Shown here: in pieces, positions 8,851 to 17,396 of the stretch
How positions within the stretch are numbered: the first letter of the stretch is position 1
Layout of the letters: every line of letters begins with the position of its first letter
DNA from: a virus
Direction: 5' to 3' (one strand)
DNA length: 39,335 nucleotides
Virus record (IMG/VR): IMGVR_UViG_3300045988_134081
Notes under the pieces: generated by a model
Seen by the model: the letters and a program-made list of their open reading frames with translations, nothing else
Told to the model about the DNA's origin: nothing
Database searches by the model: none
Translations under genes and position numbers: made by a program

Positions 8851-9660
8851 TCACTTTATTTTTACCTGACTGTTCAGATAATTGTAATAAGCATCCGACT
8901 GTCTGCGCTGGCTGTCAATACTTGACCTTGTGTCGGCACTCAATGTGTTGTGTTCATACTGTGCCTCGGCAAGACTTCTGATGTCTGAAAGATTACTCTG
9001 TGCCGCTGACATTTGTGTCTGCCAGTGAGCAAGTTCGTTCTGAAAGTTACTCATATCAAGGCCTTTGCTTGTGCCGTACTTATTCTCGTAGTAGTTCATA
9101 AAGTCGTAATCATCCGTTACGCTGTCCCTGTATTTCTGATACTGCGTGTTATCAAGGTTCTGCAATACGCCGATTCTGTTCAGCGTATCTTCCTGCTGTT
9201 GCTGATAACTCTTGTAGGCTTCATTTTTAAGTGTGGGTACTTTGTTTGCAAGCTCGTCCATATACTCGCCGAATGCCTTTTGTCCTGCAGCCTGTGAATA
9301 TGTATTGCTGTAACCGCCTGTGTTGCCGGCATAACTTCCCTGCACATTCTCCTGTGCAACCTTGCCCTCACGGGTATATTTTTCTTTTGCTTGCTGATAT
9401 TCCGTAGAATTTTCGGGTGTCCAGTCAAATTTATTTTTTTGGTATTGATTGGCAAGCTCGTCAATTGTACCCTTGTACTTGCTCGTGTATCCCTTATTGA
9501 TTTTATCTGTGTAGGAATTAGCGTAGTTGTCAGCCTGCTGACGAGCCTGTCTTGTGTCGTAGCTGTCAGCATATGTCGGAGCTGATGAGGCAACACGGTT
9601 GTAGTTATTAACCGCATTGTCAACATCGCCTGTTCCATAAACCTTGTATGTATAAGCCAT
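8851..9660 (-). CDS. Q/N/Y-rich virion protein (putative internal/ejection protein), paralog of 7602..8849.
   Basis: 269-aa ORF. Its stop lies 2 nt before the next start. Composition and motifs are shared with 7602..8849. Confidence 0.75.
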   Translation of the reverse strand: MAYTYKVYGTGDVDNAVNNYNRVASSAPTYADSYDTRQARQQADNYANSYTDKINKGYTSKYKGTIDELANQYQKNKFDWTPENSTEYQQAKEKYTREGKVAQENVQGSYAGNTGGYSNTYSQAAGQKAFGEYMDELANKVPTLKNEAYKSYQQQQEDTLNRIGVLQNLDNTQYQKYRDSVTDDYDFMNYYENKYGTSKGLDMSNFQNELAHWQTQMSAAQSNLSDIRSLAEAQYEHNTLSADTRSSIDSQRRQSDAYYNYLNSQVKIK

Positions 9661-9869
9661 TATTTTTCACTTCCTTTTTGTGACTGTCCGATTGCAGAAA
9701 GAAAATTATCTGTTATGTTGTCGCTGTCAATGTTGCTTAAAACAAAAGCTAACTGTTCGTACATATCGTTTAGATAGTTCCGCATCTCCCCTATATCGTT
9801 GGTTGATGGAGGTGGATCAAGTTTAAATGTAGCCACGCTTATCACTTCCTCTGCTGTGCTCAATATCAA
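9660..9869 (-). CDS. Small hypothetical structural-module protein. The start may be the GTG at 9836, giving 58 aa.
   Basis: 69-aa ORF. GAGGAAG lies upstream of the GTG at 9836. Its stop overlaps the start of the next gene at 9660. Confidence 0.5.
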   Translation of the reverse strand: MILSTAEEVISVATFKLDPPPSTNDIGEMRNYLNDMYEQLAFVLSNIDSDNITDNFLSAIGQSQKGSEK

Positions 9870-11844
9870 TTCCGTATATTTCGACCTGTCCCGTTCCTAC
9901 AAGTTTAAGCCTTAAATATTCCGCTCTGCGTAAAGCTACGGCGAATACTCTCGCCTTTTTCTCGCTGTACAGCATTTTGCTGACTTTCCGCCATTCGCCG
10001 TTGTCCTTGTATTGTACAAACAAGCTGACCTTTGTTCCCTTTTCAGCTTTAATGCCGATTCGGATTTTTCCGATATTCTTCACGTTTAATTCGCTGTCGT
10101 AAAGGTCGCCTGTTTCTGCGGACCATTCAAAGTAATCTTCCTGTTGATACTCATATTTCGTATTGTCAACAAGAAGATTGTCCGCTTTATCAGGACACAT
10201 AATGTTTTCTTTTGTTTCATCAAGCCAATACAGCACACCGTTGTATGTGGTGCAGTCAATCATCTTTGTGTCATCTTCCTTGTGCCACAAGCCTTTATCA
10301 GTGTCGTACACAAGCAGTTCCTGTTCTCCGTCATCTCTTTCGGCAGATATGTAGTATTTATTTCCGTGTCTGCCGCCGACTGCGTTCTTATAAGTATGCC
10401 CCCACAAAGATTCTTCGCTTATGAGTGCCGGCAGGCTACCGCTCTGATAGGCATATACACCGTTATGGCCAAGATAAAATAAGGTTGAGTTAATGTTTAC
10501 AAGGCTCTTTTCGCTTCCAATTTTGACTCCCGGCACATTGTATTCTGCAAGGGTAAAGTTACTCGGCTTTGTTCCGTAGATTTTTAGTGCGTAGTTTTCT
10601 TTGAAGAAAATAACGCTGTCGCCCCGTGTTGCAATCCCTGTAAACTTTCCTTCTTTACCGCAGGTCATAGCCCAGCTGTCTGTACTGATTCCGTCACTGT
10701 ATGCCTGCCAGTTGCGCTCATCACCTTGTTTACAACAATATATTTCGTTTGTGTCTGAGGAGCAACACCACAAGCGGTTTTGCATTTCCACGATTTTTCC
10801 CTCATCAAAATCGGGAGAGATTCTTTCGACTGTGACTGTACCTGTGTACGGCACGCTTGATTCCAATTCGCACTTGATTACAAGCTCATTTCTTGAAACG
10901 TAATAAACCTTGAAAGTTTTACCGTTAAGGTTTTCTACATAAGTCTTATTGGCGTAGCTTTCGGCATCTGTGCTGACAAGAGAGTCAGTTAATCCGCTTA
11001 TCTTCACAAAATCTCCAACTTCAATATGCAATCCAATGTTTTTGGCTCTTATTGTCGTATAACTAAACTTTTGGGGCAACTTTTTGAATTTCAAAAGCCT
11101 ATTCTTTTTATAGGTACTGTCGCTCTTTTCAATTCCGACAACAGAATAAAAGTTGTTATAACTTTCAATTACCATGCCTATCCTAATATCATCTAAGTTG
11201 AATATATCAACCATGTCTTTATTACTTGTCAATTGATATTTTGTGTCTGTTAAATCGTTGCTGGTATATAAAGTTATGCTCGGTCGATAATTTTTGTTCG
11301 CACTTGCGTCATAATGTGACCGTGTAATTGAACATAACAAATATGCGTAATCATATGTCAAGGCATCAAGTTGCAAATTACTCTTTGTTTCTACTCGTGT
11401 GCTCAAATCTTTGTTCCGGCAATCAATCATAGTCACCTTTTTGTTGCTCATATTGACCGAGAATTTCTCGGGGAATACTACAACCTTATTACCGTATAAA
11501 ACAATATGGTGCTGTTTGGCCGCATCAATCTCATCAATCTTTGTAACCTCTGCCCCGATATGCAGATTTTTGTCAGAGTCAATATAAATCAAACCTGAGT
11601 TAGCCGACAACAGATTTGAAATGATTTTGATTTTGTCGTCCGAAGTTATTCGAGAACGGTTTGCTCTCGGTGCAAGCTGTGGGTATTTATCAGAAGTCAT
11701 ATTTTTTAAATCTTTGAACTCTGTGTAAATACTGCTTGACGAGCTTGAAACCCTTGAAAAGCCTGTGTTCGGACTTCTGTTTAATCCTCTGAACACGCTG
11801 ATACTCGTTGTATCTCTCCTCGGTATGTTTAATTCGGGTAGCAT
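9823..11844 (-). CDS. Large virion structural protein, putative tail tubular/nozzle-like protein.
   Basis: 673-aa ORF directly after the connector-like gene. The C-terminal half has repeated G/W/Y-containing beta-strand-like blocks (YLGHNGVYAYQSG, KYYISAERDDG, LLVYDTDKGLWHKED, NGVLYWLD). The function is assigned by position only. Confidence 0.45.
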   Translation of the reverse strand: MLPELNIPRRDTTSISVFRGLNRSPNTGFSRVSSSSSSIYTEFKDLKNMTSDKYPQLAPRANRSRITSDDKIKIISNLLSANSGLIYIDSDKNLHIGAEVTKIDEIDAAKQHHIVLYGNKVVVFPEKFSVNMSNKKVTMIDCRNKDLSTRVETKSNLQLDALTYDYAYLLCSITRSHYDASANKNYRPSITLYTSNDLTDTKYQLTSNKDMVDIFNLDDIRIGMVIESYNNFYSVVGIEKSDSTYKKNRLLKFKKLPQKFSYTTIRAKNIGLHIEVGDFVKISGLTDSLVSTDAESYANKTYVENLNGKTFKVYYVSRNELVIKCELESSVPYTGTVTVERISPDFDEGKIVEMQNRLWCCSSDTNEIYCCKQGDERNWQAYSDGISTDSWAMTCGKEGKFTGIATRGDSVIFFKENYALKIYGTKPSNFTLAEYNVPGVKIGSEKSLVNINSTLFYLGHNGVYAYQSGSLPALISEESLWGHTYKNAVGGRHGNKYYISAERDDGEQELLVYDTDKGLWHKEDDTKMIDCTTYNGVLYWLDETKENIMCPDKADNLLVDNTKYEYQQEDYFEWSAETGDLYDSELNVKNIGKIRIGIKAEKGTKVSLFVQYKDNGEWRKVSKMLYSEKKARVFAVALRRAEYLRLKLVGTGQVEIYGIDIEHSRGSDKRGYI

Positions 11845-11855
11845 ATTGTCACCTC

Positions 11856-12239
11856 TTAACCAATGTGAAAGTTATACCTTTTCTTTTGTGGGTGCGTTCT
11901 GTACCAAAACACTCCAAAATCCTGCCTCAGCTGATTATATACGCTCATATCAACGGAATATCTTTCAGCCTCTTCGTAGGCCCTGTCAATCTGTGCCGCA
12001 CAATAAACCTCGTACATTCTGTCGTATGGAGCAGGGGCAAGCAGTTCAAAGTCACGGTCCGTATCAATCAGATAGTTTCCGTATGTTCCAACAATGCAAT
12101 TATCACCTTCGCGATTACTTATTACATTGCTGATGATTTCCATTTCTACCTCATTAATATAACTTATAATGTCCTCATCGGACACATCATATCCGCTTTT
12201 AAGATTCCTCACTCTTTCAATTACCTTGTCAAGTGTCAT
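11856..12239 (-). CDS. Putative head-tail connector/adaptor protein (gp6-like).
   Basis: 127-aa ORF after the capsid genes. The N-terminus LDKVIERVRNLKSGYDVSDEDIISYINEVEMEI resembles the gp6-like connector pattern as I recall it. Confidence 0.45.
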   Translation of the reverse strand: MTLDKVIERVRNLKSGYDVSDEDIISYINEVEMEIISNVISNREGDNCIVGTYGNYLIDTDRDFELLAPAPYDRMYEVYCAAQIDRAYEEAERYSVDMSVYNQLRQDFGVFWYRTHPQKKRYNFHIG

Positions 12240-12273
12240 ATAATCAAATCACCTCTCAAATATTATTGTACGC

Positions 12274-12294
12274 AAAAAGGCGGAAGCTACCGCC
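12274..12294 (-). terminator. Intrinsic terminator after the capsid gene block.
   Basis: Minus strand reads GGCGG-TAGCTT-CCGCC followed by TTTTT, in a GC-rich context, about 55 nt after the stop at 12349. Confidence 0.6.
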
Positions 12295-12348
12295 CCCGCC
12301 CTTCTGCGAATTTTCTGTAAGGAGTACAATTTATTCCTTGTTATTGAA

Positions 12349-12807
12349 TTAGATTCTGCCCTCGGCAATAGCCTGCTGGGCAATCTCGGCAGCCTTGTCC
12401 TGCACGCCCTGTGCAAATTCAGCCTGCTTAATTGAGTTGTCAATAATCTCCGCAACCTTGCGGGGAATGTTCGTCTTAACACCTCTCGGCACGGTGTACT
12501 GCACGCCGTTAATATTGACCTCAATATTCTTGTTTGACTTCATCGAGCCTGTTGGAGCGATGTACTCAACAAGTTCTTCACTTTCCTTGTTTGCCTTTTC
12601 AATCATTTTAGCAAGTTCCTTGTCCTGCTTGATTTTTTCCGCCTTGCGGTCAATCGGCATACTCTTCTTGATTTCCTGAAGTTCATCATACATTCCAAGG
12701 AGCTTATCAAGCTGAGATTTTTCAATTGTTACGGTATCGGCAGTAGTTTCCGCTGCCGATACTTCTGTATTTTCTGCCGTCTCTGCGGCTTTCTTTGTTG
12801 TTGCCAT
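12349..12807 (-). CDS. Hypothetical head-associated protein (decoration or auxiliary scaffold?).
   Basis: 152-aa ORF immediately after the major capsid gene. It is K/E-rich and followed by a terminator. Confidence 0.6.
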   Translation of the reverse strand: MATTKKAAETAENTEVSAAETTADTVTIEKSQLDKLLGMYDELQEIKKSMPIDRKAEKIKQDKELAKMIEKANKESEELVEYIAPTGSMKSNKNIEVNINGVQYTVPRGVKTNIPRKVAEIIDNSIKQAEFAQGVQDKAAEIAQQAIAEGRI

Positions 12808-12823
12808 AGGTTATACCTCCCGA

Positions 12824-13912
12824 TTATGCTACAGCCGGAGAAGCTGTCTGTGCTACGGTGTTGAGAGATGAGGCTGATTCGATACGAACCATTCTTGTCT
12901 GACCGATAATGCCTACACCGTGAGTCGTTTTCCAACCCTGTGTAGCTCTCTGGTTAAGAGGATCAGATGTTCCGCCCGAACCAAAGCCCTTAACGATTGT
13001 CTGAGTGCCTTCGCCCTCAATCTCAACGGTAACATATGCGTCCTTGCCGAACACAAGAGTTGAGTAAACATCAATCTTGTTTGCGCCTGCGCCCTTGAAC
13101 ACTTTCGCAAAGTTTGACTGTACAAACTTAACATTACCGATTGTACCGATTTCACCTTTGAAGATTCTGTCAGCGTGAGCATACTTTACAACGCTGATAA
13201 AATCCTTGTCGCTGATAATGTCATACTTGACATTCGGGTGAACAACAGCGACATAGTTTTCGCCGATAGGTTCTGCGTTCTGACAATCAAGGTAATTTGT
13301 TGCTCTGAAAACAGTATCAACTCTGAACTTGCTGTTTGTTGTAATTGCCGCACGGCTTGCAACCTCTGTAACCGTACCGTCAGAGCCTACAGCCGGTGCA
13401 TAGATTACGCTTGTTCCGGCATTAAGAGCCTCACGGTCAATCTCTTCAATTGAGCGTCCTGCCTGTGAAGCAAGCTCCTCACTGTCCTTGGTCATAACAT
13501 CATCACGGCTACAGAAACTTGCCCAGTCTGTAATCGGTGTATATGCGCCGTACTGATTCACGGCAATCTCAACATAATAGAAGCTCATCTGATTACCAAC
13601 GGGAGTAACACCTTCCTGCAACGGTGTTGTTACTGTCGGATACGGTGAAAGCCCTCTCTTGTTGTAGATATTGCCCGACTGTTTCGGAATTATGTCATGC
13701 TCACCGAACTGACCGTGAACGCATTTCGCTGTCAGGTTCTTGAGAAACACTTTGTGATAGAATGTAGCCTTTTCGGGAGTCCAATCATTTCCCGATGTTG
13801 ATGTTGTGTTGCCGTAAGCATTGTAAACATAGCCGTTTGATTTGTTTACACCGCCTGCGTCAACCGTATTATCGTGAATATTGATAATAAGCTTAATAAT
13901 CTTGCTTTTCAT
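12824..13912 (-). CDS. Major capsid protein.
   Basis: 362-aa ORF directly after the scaffold gene, with RBS AAAGGAAGG. Size and position are typical. Its N-terminal MKSKIIKLIINIHD motif is shared with the scaffold. Confidence 0.72.
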   Translation of the reverse strand: MKSKIIKLIINIHDNTVDAGGVNKSNGYVYNAYGNTTSTSGNDWTPEKATFYHKVFLKNLTAKCVHGQFGEHDIIPKQSGNIYNKRGLSPYPTVTTPLQEGVTPVGNQMSFYYVEIAVNQYGAYTPITDWASFCSRDDVMTKDSEELASQAGRSIEEIDREALNAGTSVIYAPAVGSDGTVTEVASRAAITTNSKFRVDTVFRATNYLDCQNAEPIGENYVAVVHPNVKYDIISDKDFISVVKYAHADRIFKGEIGTIGNVKFVQSNFAKVFKGAGANKIDVYSTLVFGKDAYVTVEIEGEGTQTIVKGFGSGGTSDPLNQRATQGWKTTHGVGIIGQTRMVRIESASSLNTVAQTASPAVA

Positions 13913-13936
13913 ATGTACCTTCCTTTCGGCAAGGCA

Positions 13937-14977
13937 TTAGAGGTGTGCCTCGCCTCGCCTTACTTTTTCGTAAAAGGCATCAAATTCAGCGTCAGACATA
14001 TCTTCCACGCTCTTTCTCTGCGTGGTTGTACCGCTTTTCTTGACCGCATTTTCGGTTGGTCGTCTTGCACCACTCTGAATTGACTGTGCTGCCGCACTTA
14101 TGGCGGCAGAGCTTGAACGCTTGACAAGGTCTTTCTGCAATTCATCAAAATGCGCCATTTTATAAGCAGTTGTCAAATCGTAAATTTCATCATTACGACC
14201 TGTCTTTTCGTTCTGTTCATTTTTCTGCTGAGCAATAAAGTCAAGAGCTGTGCGAAATGACGGATTCTGAAATTCCTCTTCAAGGTTGAAGTTTGGAAAT
14301 TCCTTCTGCGTTTCAGCCGCAATTGTTCTCAAATGTGTGTCAAGTTCTCTTGCGGCTTTTTCTCTTCGGAGGGTTTCGAGTTCTTCTTCCTGTGCATTTG
14401 TTTTCTGCTGATTGAAAAAGTCGTTGCGTGCCTCTTCTGTTGTCACTCCGGCGGCAAGAGCCTTTTCGGCAAACAAATCCTTGTCCTCTGTTACGGCTTT
14501 GAGGAGACCGTCGAGGTCATCGGGCTGTACATTGTACTTGTTTGCGATAAGGGCAAAAATCTGATTGCCGGTGCTTTCTCTTTTCTGCATATCTGAAATC
14601 TGCTTGTTTTTGGTTGACATTCTGTCCTTAAACAAAGACTGCGCTCTGTTCTGATACACATTTTTGAATTTACCTTTAATCAGCTTTTCAAACTCTTCTT
14701 CTAAGTTTTCTTCGTCGTCTGTGTCTGTGCTGTTGTTTTCGCCTTCTGCGTTATTATTCTGATTCTGATTGCCGCTGCCGAAAGCCTTGTTATAATCGTC
14801 GATAAGGTCGTCACCTATGCCGATTCTCTCAGCTCTCTCTCTCGTTTCACGGCTTATGTTGTTTTCGGTGCTTGTGGCTTCTGCACCGTGCTCACCGTTT
14901 CCGTCTCCGCCGTCAGCTGCGCCTGCTGAGTCGCCGTCATGCAGATTTACGATAAGATCTAAAAATTTGTCGTTCAT
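13937..14977 (-). CDS. Scaffolding protein; start re-assigned to the ATG at 14977.
   Basis: Acidic, coiled-coil-rich 346-aa product between the portal/Prp genes and the capsid gene. GGAGG lies 5 nt before the ATG at 14977. The track start at 15052 is a GTG with a weak RBS. The N-terminus MNDKFLDLIVNLHD aligns residue for residue with the capsid N-terminus. Confidence 0.75.
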   Translation of the reverse strand: MNDKFLDLIVNLHDGDSAGAADGGDGNGEHGAEATSTENNISRETRERAERIGIGDDLIDDYNKAFGSGNQNQNNNAEGENNSTDTDDEENLEEEFEKLIKGKFKNVYQNRAQSLFKDRMSTKNKQISDMQKRESTGNQIFALIANKYNVQPDDLDGLLKAVTEDKDLFAEKALAAGVTTEEARNDFFNQQKTNAQEEELETLRREKAARELDTHLRTIAAETQKEFPNFNLEEEFQNPSFRTALDFIAQQKNEQNEKTGRNDEIYDLTTAYKMAHFDELQKDLVKRSSSAAISAAAQSIQSGARRPTENAVKKSGTTTQRKSVEDMSDAEFDAFYEKVRRGEAHL

Positions 14978-15072
14978 AAGAACCTCCGTCTCGCGTCTAT
15001 CCGCGGTGTCTCTCTCGTCTTTCCGAGGTGTCAGGTCTTTATGCAGTCCCACTACTGCGACCTTATATTTTA

Positions 15073-15109
15073 ATTATATCAACCTTAATTTTTCAAAAAA
15101 AGTTAAAAC
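15073..15109 (-). promoter_or_regulatory. Putative late promoter (scaffold/capsid operon): GTTTTAAC-TTTTTT(T)-N-TATAAT.
   Basis: In gene orientation, GTTTTAAC (15109-15102) is followed by 23 nt and then TATAAT (15078-15073). The exact 14-mer AAAAAAGTTAAAAC (plus strand) is shared with 19509-19522 and 37618-37631. Confidence 0.55.
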
Positions 15110-15127
15110 TCTTGTTGATTTTAAACT

Positions 15128-15445
15128 TTATTTCGGGTTGCCGTCATCATAGTTAAGCTCTATTTCATCGGGATAATTCTTGGCGTAGAGTTCAAGCCCT
15201 GTCCATATTGCTTTTATGCCGTGACGGATTTCATCTGCATCGTAAATAAAAAATTCCGATTCCGTGTGACCGTTTTCATAGGTTTCTTTGAGTATGTCAA
15301 TATCACATTCGTCCTGCATTTCACGCACGTATTGCAAAAATGTAGAACATAAAGCACTCACGGCAACACACACATCATGTGAGCCGTGTCCTTTGCTTTC
15401 AAAATATATCAGATTTCCGCAGTCAATCAATGTTATTTCAATCAC
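15128..15445 (-). CDS. Prp-like cysteine protease (ribosomal-processing protease / YsxB family homolog).
   Basis: 105 aa. FESKGHGSHDVCVAVSAL matches the Prp His...Cys signature (GH-x(n)-D-[IV]-V-C-A-A-V-S-A). It lies between the portal and scaffold genes. Confidence 0.65.
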   Translation of the reverse strand: MIEITLIDCGNLIYFESKGHGSHDVCVAVSALCSTFLQYVREMQDECDIDILKETYENGHTESEFFIYDADEIRHGIKAIWTGLELYAKNYPDEIELNYDDGNPK

Positions 15446-17385
15446 ATTGCCGCCTCGCTTTCTGTCTGTGGCGGTGTCTGCTGTGCGTTTTCGCTCGGCA
15501 TAGCATTCTGCACATCTGCCGCTGTTCTGCTTGCATTCATTGCTTCCAACATCTGTACTTTGTTTGAAAGTTCCTGTACAGCCTGTGACAAGGTCTGATT
15601 CTGCTTGATTTTCTCAATCAGTTTTTCTTTGCCTTCAAAGGTCATTCCGTCAAGCATTACAAGCGTAGCGTCTGCAGCCTGCGGATTGAAAGCGCCCATC
15701 TGGAACAGATTCATCATCATTTCGTTTTGTGCCGCTGTGGCAAACGGGCTTGCCTTTTGCGCCTTCACGTCAATATCGAAAATCGGCAGTCGTTCAAGTA
15801 TGTTGCCGTCCTCGTCGGTATAATTTACCGTCTGACCGTCTGTGTCTGTATAGGTCAACGGCTGTTTTCTGAGGTCTGTATTGTCAAACTCCTCATATGT
15901 AGTCTGATTGTTTTCACCCGTGATTCTGAAAATTCTCGGCAAGTTATAGAACTGCCTCATCAGTTCAATTTCAAGTTGTGCAAGCTCCGTCATTGCTTCC
16001 TGTGCCAGCTTGTTTGAGTCACGGCTTACCTTTCCGCCTGCTTCCTGCAATGCCGCAATTGCCGAACCGCTTGTAACACCTGCCGCACTCGCTCCATTAC
16101 TTGCGTCATTCGTAGCAGAAGTTTCTTTGATTTCATTCGACAATCTGTCGTACAAGCTCCATGCGCCTGAGGCAAGCTCCTTTGATTCGACGGGGGCAAT
16201 GTTGCCCTGTAACTGTCCGTTGACCTCAATTACCGTTTTGTCAAGGTCTGTCATATCGTCATTGTTCACTCCGACAGCTGTATTTGAGTAAATTCTCGGC
16301 TGTGAATTGACTTTGATATTCACAAGCATATCGTGTTTGAGCTCGTCAAGCTGATTCTGCGGTGCTCTCACAACATCCATAAAACCGAAACCCACGGGAG
16401 TATCCCGCAGGCGAAACATCGGTTCAAGTACAAACGGATATTTACCGTGGTTGTAAATCGGCTTACCCTCATTTTCAGATGAGTAGAGAATGTGTTCACC
16501 GACGAATTTACAGAGGTGCAGTTCGCCGTTCTTTTTGTAGTACCAGTCAAGTAAGATGACTTTATCATTGGATTTATTACTGTTGTCGTAGGTTTCGTGT
16601 TCCACAAGTCCGAGCGATGCAGTCGAAACGCTTTCAAGTTCGGGATATACCTTTCTGATTCCTTCTTCATCGTAATATCGGGCAAAGAATACATTGGAGC
16701 TGTCCTGTATATTCTCAATATGCGGTTCCCAAAAGAGATTGAGAATATCGACACGGCTAATAGCAATATCACCCAGTCCGTTTTCTGCGGTCTTGTCCCA
16801 TAGCACGGCATAGCAACCGCAACCGCCTACGAACTTATCAAGCTGTTCATCAGAGTAGGTCCTTATAAATCCGTTGCGCTTATGTATGCAAGGAATAACG
16901 CTGTTGAGTGTCTTTGCCGCCTGTTCGTCGTCCTGTGCTCGAGGCAGACAAATGATTTCGGGGTAGTTATCCATAGCGTCAGCATGCTTGTTCATGATTA
17001 CATTAAGGGCCTGTGCACCTTTGCGTTTCGGTACAAGCACCTTTCGAGGCCTGCCGTTATCGTCAGTTTTAATCTGCGGTGCAGTCGCCTCTGTGTAAAG
17101 CAAGTTATATTCTCTGAAAGCCTGCTTAAATCTTTCATCATACTGCTTTTTGCTGTTCTGATATTTGCGGAAGGTCTGCATAGCCTCGTGTATTTCGTCA
17201 AGTCCGATAGGCTTGCCGCTGCTCTCGTTCTCTTTTTCTGCCTGTTCGGTTGATTTCGGCTCTTCATCAGTCTTATCACCTGTACCGTAAACATTGCTCA
17301 GCTTTGATTTATCGGAGGTCAGCGCTGGATATGTGCTTTTAACCGGCATAATCACTCCGTTTTCATCTCGTTTAACTTTGCTCAT
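15442..17385 (-). CDS. Portal protein.
   Basis: 647-aa ORF immediately downstream of terL. Size and position are typical, and it overlaps the next gene by 4 nt. Confidence 0.75.
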   Translation of the reverse strand: MSKVKRDENGVIMPVKSTYPALTSDKSKLSNVYGTGDKTDEEPKSTEQAEKENESSGKPIGLDEIHEAMQTFRKYQNSKKQYDERFKQAFREYNLLYTEATAPQIKTDDNGRPRKVLVPKRKGAQALNVIMNKHADAMDNYPEIICLPRAQDDEQAAKTLNSVIPCIHKRNGFIRTYSDEQLDKFVGGCGCYAVLWDKTAENGLGDIAISRVDILNLFWEPHIENIQDSSNVFFARYYDEEGIRKVYPELESVSTASLGLVEHETYDNSNKSNDKVILLDWYYKKNGELHLCKFVGEHILYSSENEGKPIYNHGKYPFVLEPMFRLRDTPVGFGFMDVVRAPQNQLDELKHDMLVNIKVNSQPRIYSNTAVGVNNDDMTDLDKTVIEVNGQLQGNIAPVESKELASGAWSLYDRLSNEIKETSATNDASNGASAAGVTSGSAIAALQEAGGKVSRDSNKLAQEAMTELAQLEIELMRQFYNLPRIFRITGENNQTTYEEFDNTDLRKQPLTYTDTDGQTVNYTDEDGNILERLPIFDIDVKAQKASPFATAAQNEMMMNLFQMGAFNPQAADATLVMLDGMTFEGKEKLIEKIKQNQTLSQAVQELSNKVQMLEAMNASRTAADVQNAMPSENAQQTPPQTESEAAM

Positions 17386-17396
17386 TTTGTAATCTC

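Noticed and set aside
14978-15052. N-terminal extensions of track ORFs: scaffold to 15052, terL to 18983, endolysin to 34446, 28716..29063, PAPS-reductase-like gene to 23995, 26878..27213, 30591 start.
   Set aside because: In each case an internal ATG (or TTG) has a much better AGGAG/GGAGG-type RBS at proper spacing. The extension also overlaps an upstream gene, a hairpin or a conserved non-coding repeat.
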